A stretch of DNA of 63,041 nucleotides, filler included, from Thermodesulfobacteriota bacterium (GTDB lineage: Bacteria > DASVDK01): NCBI GenBank assembly GCA_036381125.1. It is 6 parts of 6 records of this genome, joined end to end, with 100 filler letters (N's around TTAATTAATTAA, not from the genome) between each part and the next. Parts side by side here need not be neighbours in the genome. Positions count along the whole stretch, not along the records: positions 22,192 to 50,641 come from DASVDK010000050.1; 5 more parts are not named here. One strand, 5' to 3'. A program made the position numbers and the translations under genes. The notes below the pieces were generated by a model that worked only from the letters and a program-made list of their open reading frames with translations, was not told the DNA's origin and ran no database searches. How positions within the stretch are numbered: position 1 is the stretch's first letter; every line of letters begins with the position of its first letter. Of this stretch, positions 30,513 to 40,151 are shown piece by piece.

Positions 30513-30703
30513 GACGCGCCGCGCTCCAGCACGGCGGCGTGGGCGGCCGGCTCGTCGCCGAAGGTCAGGCTCCTGGCTTCGGCGCGGACCGTCCCATTCA
30601 GCCGCTCGACCTCGGCGGCGAGTTCGACCGCGCGCGCTTCGGGGATGTCGAGGTCCTGCAGGGCACGAACGACGGCGTCGCTCGGGGGTGTGCGTTCGGT
30701 CAT
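30509..30703 (-). CDS. Small protein coupled to the amidase (GatC/AtzG-like accessory subunit candidate)
   Basis: 64 aa, helical, FGDEPA near the C-terminus; stop overlaps the amidase ATG. Confidence 0.55.
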   Translation of the reverse strand: MTERTPPSDAVVRALQDLDIPEARAVELAAEVERLNGTVRAEARSLTFGDEPAAHAAVLERGAS

Positions 30704-30841
30704 GGCCTCGGATCCGGTGGTGGTGGTGGTGGACGGCTCATTGTACGCGATGCCGCGCGCCGGCGCCCGGCCGGTCTCCGGCGGGTGCGGCGCCGCAGGC
30801 CGGTCGTCCCGAGCGAACCGGGCGGTCCGACCCCCCCAGGG

Positions 30842-31369
30842 CTACCTCGACAGCTTCCCCTCGGCCCGGAGCAGGCCGCGGATGTAGGCCGCCTGCCCGG
30901 CGTGCTGGTGGCAGTCGGCCAGGATGCTGACGATGCGAACGCCGACCGTCGGCAGGGGCTTGAACCACGGCTCGTCCAGCTTCCGGCCGAGGGCGGACGG
31001 CGCGAGCCGCGCGAGATACCGCTTCGTGCGCTGCACGGTTGCGCGCAGGTAGTCGAGCTGCGTCGCGACGCCGGGGGACTGGAAGGCCCGCACCTGCTCG
31101 GGCGTGTGCCCGTACCCGGTGTCGTCCGGGTCGGGCGGGCGCCTGAAGCGCCGGTACCAGCCGTCCTTCGTCCAGAGCTGCTCGGCCCCCATGAGGTCGG
31201 CGATCTGGCTGTCCTGCACGCGCGTCAGGTGCCGGGCCGTCCACCCGATGCTGTTGCAGTCGGGATGGGGCTGCCGGTTGAGGTCGGCCACGGCGAGCCC
31301 CGCGAGCGTCTCGCGCATCAGCTCCGGCAGCCGGTCGTAGCCGTCCACGATCAGGTCCCGCCAGTTCAT
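30842..31369 (-). CDS. DinB/DUF664-family protein
   Basis: NSIGWTARHLTRVQD and DCHQHAGQAAY. Confidence 0.85.
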   Translation of the reverse strand: MNWRDLIVDGYDRLPELMRETLAGLAVADLNRQPHPDCNSIGWTARHLTRVQDSQIADLMGAEQLWTKDGWYRRFRRPPDPDDTGYGHTPEQVRAFQSPGVATQLDYLRATVQRTKRYLARLAPSALGRKLDEPWFKPLPTVGVRIVSILADCHQHAGQAAYIRGLLRAEGKLSR

Positions 31370-31484
31370 GGTCCTCCCTCGTTCCCGCGCGCCGCGGCGG
31401 CGCACGCAGGCCTCGTTCGGTTTCGGTTACAGTGGGGGAGGCGTCGAGCGCGCCGCCTCGACGACCGCGACAGAGGAGGAGCGC

Positions 31485-32510
31485 ATGCTGTTTCCCACCA
31501 TGCTCGTCGGTAGCTATCCCCAGCCGGAGTGGCTGATCGATCGCACGAAGCTCGCCGGCCGGTTCCCGCCGCGCGTGCGCGCGCGGGAGCTGTGGCGGAT
31601 TCCGGAACCTTACCTCGCCGAGGCGCAGGACGACGCGACGATCGTGGCGATCAAGGCGCAGGAGGAGGCCGGCCTCGACATCATCACCGACGGCGAGATC
31701 CGCCGCGAGAGCTACTCGAACCGCTTCGCCACCGCGCTCGAGGGGGTCGACGTCGACAACCCGGGCACCGCGCTCGACCGCTCGGGGCACCCGAACCCGG
31801 TGCCGCGCATCGTCGGCCGGATCCGGCGCACGCGCCCGGTCGAGGTGGAGGACCTCCGGTTCCTCAAGCGCCACACCACCAAGCCGGTGAAGATGACGGT
31901 GCCCGGCCCCTTCACCATGACCCAGCAGGCGCAGAACGACTTCTATCGCACCGAGGAAGAGGCGGCGATGGACTACGCCGCGGCCGTGAACGAGGAGATC
32001 CGGGACCTCTTCGCCGCCGGCGCCGACATCGTGCAGGTCGACGAGCCGTACATGCAGGCCCGCCCCGAGAAGGCGAGGCGGTACGGGCTCGCGGCGCTCA
32101 ACCGCGCGCTCGAGGGGGTCACCGGCACGACCGCGGTGCACATCTGCTTCGGCTACGCGGCGATCATCCACGAGCGGCCGTCCGGGTACTCGTTCCTGCC
32201 CGAGCTGGCCGGCTGCGCCTGCCGCCAGGTCTCGATCGAGACGGCGCAGTCGAAGCTCGACTGCTCGGTCCTGGCGACGCTCGCCGGCAAGCAGATCATG
32301 GTCGGCTGCCTCGACCTGTCGGACACGACCGTCGAGTCGCCCGAGACCGTGGCCGACCGCATCAGGCGGGCGCTCCCCCACGTCAGGAAGGAGGACGTCA
32401 TCCTCGCGCCGGACTGCGGGATGAAGTACCTCCCGCGCGACGTGGCCTTCGGCAAGATGCGCGCCATGGTCGAGGCGGCGAGGATCCTGCGCCGCGAGCA
32501 TGGCGCGTGA
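31485..32510 (+). CDS. Cobalamin-independent methionine synthase II (MetE catalytic-domain-only) family protein
   Basis: VGSYPQP, TDGEIRRESY, QVDEP, HICFG and PDCGM. Confidence 0.88.
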   Translation: MLFPTMLVGSYPQPEWLIDRTKLAGRFPPRVRARELWRIPEPYLAEAQDDATIVAIKAQEEAGLDIITDGEIRRESYSNRFATALEGVDVDNPGTALDRSGHPNPVPRIVGRIRRTRPVEVEDLRFLKRHTTKPVKMTVPGPFTMTQQAQNDFYRTEEEAAMDYAAAVNEEIRDLFAAGADIVQVDEPYMQARPEKARRYGLAALNRALEGVTGTTAVHICFGYAAIIHERPSGYSFLPELAGCACRQVSIETAQSKLDCSVLATLAGKQIMVGCLDLSDTTVESPETVADRIRRALPHVRKEDVILAPDCGMKYLPRDVAFGKMRAMVEAARILRREHGA

Positions 32511-32548
32511 GCCCCGCGCGGCGGCGAGGGGAGGGGAGCGGCGCGGGA

Positions 32549-32779
32549 TCAGCCGATCCCGAGATCGCGCTTGATCGCCTCCCGGTCGAAGCCGGCGCCC
32601 TCGAGCTGGCGCAGGACCATGCCGAGGTGCTTCTTCGTCAGGTCCTGAGGGCCGTGTCCCGGGACCGTCACCTTGACCCCCTCGCGCACGAACTGGCGGT
32701 GCCCGGTCTTGCGGCCGGGAAGCTCGACGAAGCCGTGATCGAGCAGCCAGCGCGAGAGCTGGCGCCGGGTGACCTGCAT
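32549..32779 (-). CDS. HicA-family toxin (mRNA interferase)
   Basis: LLDHGF...TGHRQF...VTVPGHG...LGMVLRQ pattern; AAGGAGG SD. Confidence 0.7.
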   Translation of the reverse strand: MQVTRRQLSRWLLDHGFVELPGRKTGHRQFVREGVKVTVPGHGPQDLTKKHLGMVLRQLEGAGFDREAIKRDLGIG

Positions 32780-33104
32780 GGCGCCTCCTTCGGGCCCCCG
32801 CGGCGTCGAGCCGCGTGCGTCCCCGGCGCCGGCCCGGCCGCCCTCGAACGCACCGCGTCAACCCGCCCGAGCACGCGCGACGCGAGCGCCCGGCCGCCGC
32901 GCGGATCGGACCGGATCGTGCCGGATTCTTGCCTGGAGGGGGCGACCCGGACGGGTCCCCGAGGCGGAGCGGCGCCGCGCCGACGCGACGGGCCTCTCGC
33001 GATCGACATCGGCCTTCGCCGGAGCGCGGTCGTGCGGGCCGTCACGGCGCCGGCCGGCCGCAAGGCCCTCGCATGCCGACCGATGCCGGGGGCCCGCTCG
33101 AGCG

Positions 33105-33599
33105 TCAGGGGGAGGCGCGCGCGCCCCCGGGCGCGACGATCAACGTGCCGTACCGGGCCGGTTCCGCCTCGGCGCTCCGGACACCCGCCAGCGTGGCGAC
33201 GAAGCGGTATCGGCCGGGTGCCGCGATGCAGAGGCGGGCCTCCTCGAAGGGCGCGAGCCACTCGCTCGCGAGCGTCCCGGCGTCGCGGGTCCGCGCGAAG
33301 CGGTGGGGAGCGAGGCAGACCTCCGGCACCGGGTCCTCGAAGCGGACGAAGGCGGCGGCGGTGGTGCGGTTGATCCACCTGACCTCCGTGCCCGCGGCCA
33401 CGGTCAGCTCCGCGGGGCTCGTCCGGTCGTGCGACGCCGTCTCGATGCGGAACTCCGCGGGATCGCCCTTGCGGGCATCGGCCCGACCCGGATACACGTC
33501 CCCTCCGTCGCACGCCGCCAGCCAGCCGGCGGCGACGAGCAGTACCCCCGCTCGACCACGCACCGGCTCAGCATGCGACGATCGGCGAACCCCGTCCAT
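33105..33599 (-). CDS. Putative lipoprotein with cupredoxin-like strands
   Basis: Lipobox LAAC; PAELTVAAGTEVRWIN, PGRYRF and GTLIV. Confidence 0.55.
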   Translation of the reverse strand: MDGVRRSSHAEPVRGRAGVLLVAAGWLAACDGGDVYPGRADARKGDPAEFRIETASHDRTSPAELTVAAGTEVRWINRTTAAAFVRFEDPVPEVCLAPHRFARTRDAGTLASEWLAPFEEARLCIAAPGRYRFVATLAGVRSAEAEPARYGTLIVAPGGARASP

Positions 33600-33697
33600 C
33601 GCAAGCTCGGGCGCGACCCCGCCCTGCAGTCGCGGGTCGTGTCCGAGCTGCGCGGCGTCGTGACGTCGGGCGGCGCCGGATGCCGCCGGTCGCCCGC

Positions 33698-34339
33698 TCA
33701 GGGGTACGCCCGGTAGACGGCGAGGAGCCGGGGCAAGCCGGCCGTGAGGGCGGCGATGCGCCGGCTCCACCCGGTCTGCCCGGCCGCCAACCAGGCCGGG
33801 TCCTCCGCCACCCGCTCGTGCGCGAGGTCGTAGAGCGCGAGGTAGCGCGGCGATCCGCTCGACGCGCGGAAGCGCCGCGCCCCGAGCACCCCCGGGACGC
33901 GGCGCACCATCGGCACGTGCTCCTCGTCGTACCAGCGGTTGAACTCCGCCTCGTGCTCGGCCGGCACGTCGCGGCAGGCGAGGAAGACGGCCGCCGCGTC
34001 CGCGTGGCCTGCCGCCCGGCCCGGCAGGATCTGCTCGCAGGCCCAGCGGCGGAAGACCACCGCCCTGGACAGGCACCGCTTGCTCCACGGCGTGAAGTTG
34101 TCCCCGACGTGGGCGAGGTACTCCGGCGTCTCGAGGACCTCGGGCGACTCGAGGTCGTACGTGGCAAGGTACCGGCCCTCTCCCGGGGCACCGTCGCGCT
34201 GCCAGCGCCGGGCCGAGAGGAAGCCCGGGATGGCGAGCCGCTCGGCCAGGTGCTCGGTGTCGTACCAGGCGTTGAACTCCTCGTCGTGCTCCGGCCGGGG
34301 CTCCGTGATGGTGAGGAGCAGGCCCATCCTGGTCGTCAT
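33698..34339 (-). CDS. DUF4286/EthD-like tandem-domain protein
   Basis: Internal duplication EFNAWYDTEH..PG..ARR..YLATYDL / EFNRWYDEEH..PG..ARR..YLALYDL. Confidence 0.75.
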   Translation of the reverse strand: MTTRMGLLLTITEPRPEHDEEFNAWYDTEHLAERLAIPGFLSARRWQRDGAPGEGRYLATYDLESPEVLETPEYLAHVGDNFTPWSKRCLSRAVVFRRWACEQILPGRAAGHADAAAVFLACRDVPAEHEAEFNRWYDEEHVPMVRRVPGVLGARRFRASSGSPRYLALYDLAHERVAEDPAWLAAGQTGWSRRIAALTAGLPRLLAVYRAYP

Positions 34340-34434
34340 GCGCCCTCCCGGCGTCCGCGGCCCTCGCCGCGGGCGCTCTCGTGACTCTGGGCATTATGCT
34401 CGCATCGGGAGGGGTGTGGAGGTGAGCCGCGCCG

Positions 34435-34986
34435 ATGGGCCTGATCAGGCCGGGGCTCGTCGCCCTGCTGCTGGTTTCGGCGACCGCCTGCGGCGGGGGC
34501 GACCCCCTGCCTGCCGGCGGGCCGGATGCGACCATGGAGCCCGGGCCGGCGGAGGCTCCGGAACCGGAGCCGACCCCGACGCCCGAGCCCGAGCCGGAGC
34601 CGACACCGGAGCCGGAGCCGACGGCCGAGCCGGAGCCGACGCCGACGCCGGTGCTCGCAGAAGAGCCGCCGCCGGGGAGCGACGCGGCGGCCGCCTCCAT
34701 CGAGGTGGTCGGGCTCGGCAATCCGCCGCCGGAGCCGCCGATCGGGGGGGAGGTGTTCGCGGAGGCGATCGTGTTCGACGTGGCCCCCCGGCGGGTCGAG
34801 TTCTACATCGACAACGAGCAGGTGCGGATCGACCGCCGATGGCCGTACACGCTCGGCGACGGCCGGGACGACCGGTTCGACACGCGCGACGTCTCCGACG
34901 GCTTCCACGTGGTGACCGTGCGCGCCGTCTTCCCGGACGGGTCGGCGCTGGTCGCGCACGAGCCCATGTGGGTGGACAACCCCTAG
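34435..34986 (+). CDS. Lipoprotein with Pro/Glu/Thr linker and Ig-like C-terminal domain
   Basis: Signal ending ATAC, PE/PT repeats, and RVEFYID...PY...FDT...DGFHVVTVRA. Confidence 0.7.
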   Translation: MGLIRPGLVALLLVSATACGGGDPLPAGGPDATMEPGPAEAPEPEPTPTPEPEPEPTPEPEPTAEPEPTPTPVLAEEPPPGSDAAAASIEVVGLGNPPPEPPIGGEVFAEAIVFDVAPRRVEFYIDNEQVRIDRRWPYTLGDGRDDRFDTRDVSDGFHVVTVRAVFPDGSALVAHEPMWVDNP

Positions 34987-35106
34987 CCGGCGCTCCCCGG
35001 CCGGGCGCTCGGGTGTCGCGAAACGGCGCCGGCCAGAAACGCCTGCGCCCCACGACCTGGCGGCCGTGGGGCGCAGAGTGACCTTCGACGAGGTCCCGAC
35101 GCGGCG

Positions 35107-35310
35107 CTAGCGGCGCCTCACGTTGGTCGCCTGGAGGCCCTTCGGCCCCTGGGAGACCTCGAACTCGACGTGGTCGCCCTCGGCCAGGCTCTTGAAGCCG
35201 TCACCGGCGATCCCCGAGAAGTGGACGAAGACGTCCTCTCCCTGCTCGCGCGCGATGAAGCCAAAGCCCTTGGCGTCGTTGAACCACTTTACCGTTCCCT
35301 GCTCGGCCAT
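35107..35310 (-). CDS. Cold-shock protein (CspA family)
   Basis: [22 protein letters not shown] and [10 protein letters not shown]. Confidence 0.97.
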   Translation of the reverse strand: MAEQGTVKWFNDAKGFGFIAREQGEDVFVHFSGIAGDGFKSLAEGDHVEFEVSQGPKGLQATNVRRR

Positions 35311-35521
35311 GCCGACTCTCTCCTGCTTCCGTGGGTCGTGTGCACGGCCCGTGACGCCTTGCGCCCGGACCGCGTGGTTGATCTGATGCGACCGGCATCC
35401 GGTCGCCGCGTTCCGTCGCACGACACACGAACGCCGCGAGCCCCACCCACCGGGACGTCGCGGCGCTTTCGAAGTCTCGAGAGCTCTTCCGACAGGCCCT
35501 GCAACTACGAACGCTGACGCC

Positions 35522-35550
35522 AGCCTACCAGGGTTGCCGGGGAATGTCCA
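35522..35550 (-). promoter_or_regulatory. sigma70 promoter for csp: TGGACA-N17-TAGGCT with extended TG
   Basis: Read from the minus strand; implies a leader of about 200 nt. Confidence 0.5.
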
Positions 35551-35637
35551 TCGAGGCGCCGGAGGCTGCGGTCGCCCCTGGGCGCAAGGCCCCCTGTCGC
35601 CCCCTCCACCACCTCCGGGGACCCCTCGAAAGGCCTC

Positions 35638-35666
35638 TTGACGTTACTGCACAAAAGAGCTATAAA
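35638..35666 (+). promoter_or_regulatory. sigma70 promoter TTGACG-N17-TATAAA for the sigma factor gene
   Basis: Near-consensus hexamers with 17-nt spacing in a GC-rich background. Confidence 0.75.
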
Positions 35667-35844
35667 GACAGGCTCTCCACCCGCCGTCCGGCACGTCCTG
35701 ATCATGGCTACGATGCCGGCCTGTGGCGTCCGCCCCCGCAGACCCGGCCGCGGGGGCGTATCGAAGATATCCGGCTTTCGGCCGTCTCAATGACCCGGCC
35801 GGAATGCCGGCGTGACAAGAGAGGAAGGAAGGTCAGTTACCATC

Positions 35845-37281
35845 ATGGCAGTGTTCACCGAGACCGTCGATCCGGCGCGCCCCTGGGCGGAACTCGAGGA
35901 GGCCCCGCTCGAGACGCTCGTCCCCGATGACGAGGTCGTCGCGGTCGACGAGGAGGCGGTCTCGCCGTTCGAGGAAGGGGACGATCTCGAGGAGGAGAAG
36001 GCGCCGTCCTCGGCCCGCCGAGCCGAGATCGACCCCACGAACCCGACCGAGGCGTACCTCCGCGACATGGGCGGGATCCGGCTCCTCAAGGCCGACGAGG
36101 AGGTCCGCCTCGCGTCCACGATCCGCGAGGGACGCGACCGGTTCATCCGGCTCGTCTCCGAGAGCGGCCTCGGCGTGCGGCACATCCTGCGCCGCGCGCG
36201 GCAGATCGAGCTCGGGCTCGTCGCCTTCGACACGGTCTTCGGCCGCGACGACGACGGCGAGGACGCCCCTGCCGCCGATCGCGAGGCGATCCGGAAGACC
36301 GTGAAGAAGCTGAAGCGGCTCGCGTCGCAGCCGAAGCGCTACCGGGCGGCCATTGCCCGCACGGCGGGCGCCGTCCCGCTCGCCGAGCGGGAGGCGGAGC
36401 GGCTCGTCAAGCGGCTGCACCGCCTGGCCCGCCGCATGGGCCCGCCGGGGCAGCGTCCGCGCAGGCGCCAGCTCCGGGCCGCGTCGCTCGTCGGCCTCAA
36501 GCCTTCGGAGCTTCGGCAGCTCTCGCGGGAGGTGGCGGCGATCGAGGCGCAGGTGCAGGAGGCGAAGGACGCCATGGCGCGGGCCAACCTCCGCCTGGTC
36601 GTGTCCATCGCCAAGCGCTACACGTCGTCCCGGCTCGCCCTGCTCGACCTGGTGCAGGAGGGGAACATCGGCCTCATGCGGGCGATCGAGAAGTTCGACC
36701 ACCGCAGGGGCTACAAGTTCTCCACGTACGCCACCTGGTGGATCCGGCAGGCGGTCGTCCGCGCGCTGGCCAACCAGGGACGGATGATCCGGCTCCCGGT
36801 CCACATGGCCGAGGCGGCCGGCCGCCTCGGACGCACGGCCCGGGCGCTCAGGCAGGAGCAGGGGCGCGAGCCGACGCCCGAGGAGCTGGGGCGCGCGCTC
36901 AAGCTGCCGGCCGACCGCGTCCTCGACATCATCCGCAGCGAGCGGCCGGTCGCCTCCCTCGACGCGCCGGTGGGCGAGGAGGGGGAGACCCGGCTCGGCG
37001 ACCTCATCCGCGACGCGCGGACGGTCCCCGCGACGGACGTGCTCGCCGAGCGCGACCTGTCGGACCAGCTCCGCAAGGCGCTGGCGACGCTGACGCCGCG
37101 CGAGGAGCAGGTGCTGCGCATGCGGTTCGGCCTCGGCGCCGAGCCCGAGCACACGCTCGAGGAGGCGGGCAAGCGGCTCAACGTGACGCGCGAGCGGGTC
37201 CGGCAGATCGAGGCGCGCGCGCTTGCCAAGCTGCGTCGGGCCGAGCTGCGAGACCGTCTCGAGGGGTTCGTCGAGTCGTAA
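35845..37281 (+). CDS. RNA polymerase sigma factor, RpoD/RpoS-like (probably group 2)
   Basis: Region 1.2 AYLRDMG, region 2 [43 protein letters not shown], region 4 [14 protein letters not shown]. Confidence 0.93.
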   Translation: MAVFTETVDPARPWAELEEAPLETLVPDDEVVAVDEEAVSPFEEGDDLEEEKAPSSARRAEIDPTNPTEAYLRDMGGIRLLKADEEVRLASTIREGRDRFIRLVSESGLGVRHILRRARQIELGLVAFDTVFGRDDDGEDAPAADREAIRKTVKKLKRLASQPKRYRAAIARTAGAVPLAEREAERLVKRLHRLARRMGPPGQRPRRRQLRAASLVGLKPSELRQLSREVAAIEAQVQEAKDAMARANLRLVVSIAKRYTSSRLALLDLVQEGNIGLMRAIEKFDHRRGYKFSTYATWWIRQAVVRALANQGRMIRLPVHMAEAAGRLGRTARALRQEQGREPTPEELGRALKLPADRVLDIIRSERPVASLDAPVGEEGETRLGDLIRDARTVPATDVLAERDLSDQLRKALATLTPREEQVLRMRFGLGAEPEHTLEEAGKRLNVTRERVRQIEARALAKLRRAELRDRLEGFVES

Positions 37282-37337
37282 GCCGGGCGGGCGGCCCCGC
37301 CCGTCGCTCCGTAGTCGTTCCGTATGTCATGTGACGT

Positions 37338-37369
37338 GCCCGGGAGGCGCAGGCTTCCCGGGCTTTTTT
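37338..37369 (+). terminator. Rho-independent terminator
   Basis: GCCCGGGAGGC...GCTTCCCGGGC hairpin followed by TTTTTT. Confidence 0.8.
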
Positions 37370-37395
37370 GTGCGCGGCGACCGGGCGGAACGCGG

Positions 37396-39603
37396 TCAGC
37401 CGGCCCGGCCGGGGCCGTCCGTCGCCGCGGCCAGCCGCTCGGCCACCAGCTCGGCGACGTGCCGGACCTCGAGCGGCATCCCGGCCGCGTCGGCCGCGCC
37501 GCGGAGGTGCAGCAGGCACCCCGGGTTGTCGGACGCGAGGCAGGCCGCGCCGGTCTGCCGCACGTTCGCGAGCTTCCGCGCGGCGATCGCGCGGGCCACC
37601 TCCGGGTGGGCGGCCGACGTGCCGCCGCCGAAGCCGCAGCAGACCTCCCCCTCGGGCAGCGGCGCCACCGCGTATCCCGCGCGGGCGAGCAGGCGCCGAC
37701 CGGCGTCGCCGAGCCCGAGCACGTTGGTGCTCTGGCAGAAGCCGTGGTAGGTGAGGGCGCGCTGCGCCCCGGCGCAGGGGAGCGCCGGCGGGGCGGCCAC
37801 GCGCTCCACGAACGACACGAAGTCGAGCGTGCGCGCGGCCAGGCGCTCGGCCCGCGCCCGCCAGGCCGGCGCGTCGTCGAAGAGGCGCGGGTAGTCGTGG
37901 GCGATCGCGACGGCGCAGCTCGCCGCCGCCGTCACGACGTGGTCGGCCGGGGTCCGCTCGAGCGCCTCGATCGTCGCCGCCGCGAGGCGTCGCGCGCCCG
38001 CGCGGTCGCCCGCGTCGAGCAGCGGCAGCCCGCAGCAGTGCTGCCCCTCCGGGACGACCACGCGGGCGCCGCAGGCCGCGAGCACGCGGACGGCGGCCGC
38101 GGCGCCGTCGGGCGCGAACCGGTCGGCGAGGCACTGGATGAAGTAGGCCACCGTGCGGCCGCGCGCCCCGCTCGTCGCCCAGGGGCCCTCGCGATCGGGC
38201 TCGATCGCGCGGCCGAGGAGCCGGTCGCGGGCCGGCCGGGGCGCCGGCGCCGGGAGCGTCCGCCACGCGTGGCGCCGCGGCAGCGGGACGCGCAGGAAGG
38301 GGCCGCGCGCGAGGGGACGGGCGAGCCGGGCCGCCGTGCGCATCGCGGCGTCGAAGAGGCGCGGCCGCGACCAGGCGGCGAGCGCGAGGCGCTCGGGGAG
38401 CCGGAGGCCCTTCGCCGCCGCGACCCGGGCGCGCACGTCGAGGATCTGACGGGGCAGCGGGATGCCGGAGGGGCAGACCGTCGCGCAGGCGTTGCAGCTC
38501 ACGCAGAGCGACTGGGGCCCGGCCGCCGCCTCGAGGCCGTGGTGGAAGCGCGTGTTCACGAGGCCGATGGCGCCCGAGTAGACGTGGCCGAACACGTGGC
38601 CGCCGACGACCTGATAGGGCGGGCAGACGTCGGCGCACGCCGCGCAGCGGATGCAGCGGAGCGCGTCGCGGGCCGTGGGGTCCTCCCACATGGCCGTGCG
38701 GCCGTTGTCGACGAGCACGAGGTGCGTCTCGCGCCCCGGCTCGGCCCCCGTGATGAACGACGTGTAGCTCGTGATCTCCTGGCCGGTGGCCGACCGCGCG
38801 AGGAGCCGTAGCTGCGCCGCCGCGTCGGCGAACGTCGGCACGAGCTTCTCCCACCCGGCGATCACGACGAGCAGGGGCGGCCGGCTGCTGACGAGATCGC
38901 CGTTGCCCTCGTTGGTGACCAGCACGACGGTGCCGGTCTCGGCGACGAGCGCGTTCGCGCCGATCATGCCGGCGTCCGCGGTGAGGAACACGCGGCGCAG
39001 CTCCGCGCGGGCGAGGTCGACCTGCGCCTGCACGTCGTCGCGCGACACCTCGCGCCCCGTCTCGCGCTCGAAGAGCGCGCCGATCTGCTGCCGGCTCTTG
39101 TGGATGGCCGGCATCACCATGTGGCTCGGCGTCTCGCGGGCGAGCTGGATGATCCACTCGCCGAGGTCGGTCTCGACGACGCGAAGGCCGGCGGCCTCGA
39201 GGTGCGCGTTGAGGAAGACCTCCTCGGCCACCATGCTCTTGCCCTTGGCGAGGACGCGCACCCCTCGCGCGCGGAGGAGTTGCAGGATCGTCTCGCGCGC
39301 CGCATGGGCGGTGTCGGCCTCGTGGACGACGAGCCCGGCCGCGCGCGCCTTCTCGACGAAGGCGCGCCGCCAGGCCGGCGGGTCGGCGAGCACGGCGTCC
39401 TTGGCCGCGACGATCCGCCGCCGCGCCGCGTCGAACGTGGCGTCGGCGGCGCCGAGCGCCGGCGCCTCGTCGGCGAGGCGGCGGAAGGCCGCGTCGCGGC
39501 TCTCGCGCCAGGCTCGCTGGAAGGCGAGGAGGTTCGCACCGAGGCGGCCGTCGGCGAGGGCCCGTCGGTAGCGCTCCGCGAAGGGCGCGATGCCGCCGCT
39601 CAC
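37396..39603 (-). CDS. Lactate utilisation LutB/LldF fused to LutA-like CCG domains
   Basis: KGKSMVAEE, ETDLGEWIIQL, PSHMVMPAIH, CIRCAACADVCP, CVSCNACATVCP and two CCG motifs. Confidence 0.88.
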   Translation of the reverse strand: MSGGIAPFAERYRRALADGRLGANLLAFQRAWRESRDAAFRRLADEAPALGAADATFDAARRRIVAAKDAVLADPPAWRRAFVEKARAAGLVVHEADTAHAARETILQLLRARGVRVLAKGKSMVAEEVFLNAHLEAAGLRVVETDLGEWIIQLARETPSHMVMPAIHKSRQQIGALFERETGREVSRDDVQAQVDLARAELRRVFLTADAGMIGANALVAETGTVVLVTNEGNGDLVSSRPPLLVVIAGWEKLVPTFADAAAQLRLLARSATGQEITSYTSFITGAEPGRETHLVLVDNGRTAMWEDPTARDALRCIRCAACADVCPPYQVVGGHVFGHVYSGAIGLVNTRFHHGLEAAAGPQSLCVSCNACATVCPSGIPLPRQILDVRARVAAAKGLRLPERLALAAWSRPRLFDAAMRTAARLARPLARGPFLRVPLPRRHAWRTLPAPAPRPARDRLLGRAIEPDREGPWATSGARGRTVAYFIQCLADRFAPDGAAAAVRVLAACGARVVVPEGQHCCGLPLLDAGDRAGARRLAAATIEALERTPADHVVTAAASCAVAIAHDYPRLFDDAPAWRARAERLAARTLDFVSFVERVAAPPALPCAGAQRALTYHGFCQSTNVLGLGDAGRRLLARAGYAVAPLPEGEVCCGFGGGTSAAHPEVARAIAARKLANVRQTGAACLASDNPGCLLHLRGAADAAGMPLEVRHVAELVAERLAAATDGPGRAG

Positions 39604-40097
39604 GCGACCGACCCGACCAGGACGACGCGCACCTCGCGGGGTCCGTGCACGCCGATCGTGAGGACGCGCTCGATGTCGGCCGTGCGGCTCGGCCCGCTCA
39701 TGAGGGTGACGTGGGGAGCGCCCTCCCGGACCAGCGCCGCCACGCGCGCCAGCGCCGCCTCGAGCGTCGGCTCGATGGCGCCGGCGGGGACCAGGAGCCA
39801 GAGACGCTCGGCGAGCCAGCACGCGCTCCGATCGGCCGCCGCCTCGGCGAGCGCGACCGACCCCGTCTCGGCCACCGCGAACCGGCCCGCGGCGACGATC
39901 TCCGCCGCCGCGTCGGGCAGCGCGGGACGGGGCGCCAGGCGCCGGGCCACGGTGGGGAAGCTCGCGGCGAGCGACGAGGTCCCCGCGGCGGCGGGCGCCG
40001 CGGCGAGGACCAGGTCGGCCGCCGCGTCCTCGTCGGCCGCGAGCAGCACGGCGGCCGACGTCGCCTCGGCCTTCGCGCGGAAGCGATCGAGGAGCAT
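39600..40097 (-). CDS. LutC/YkgG (LUD domain) protein
   Basis: AVAETGSV and SGPSRTADIERVLTIGVHGP. Confidence 0.88.
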   Translation of the reverse strand: MLLDRFRAKAEATSAAVLLAADEDAAADLVLAAAPAAAGTSSLAASFPTVARRLAPRPALPDAAAEIVAAGRFAVAETGSVALAEAAADRSACWLAERLWLLVPAGAIEPTLEAALARVAALVREGAPHVTLMSGPSRTADIERVLTIGVHGPREVRVVLVGSVA

Positions 40098-40151
40098 GCG
40101 GCGATTCTAGCGCCGCCTCGCGCGGCAGCCGGGACCGGAGGCTCCGGAGGG

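Noticed and set aside
34540-34650. GAGCCG/ACGCCG short tandem repeats
   Set aside because: They are explained by the Pro-Glu/Pro-Thr linker of the lipoprotein.
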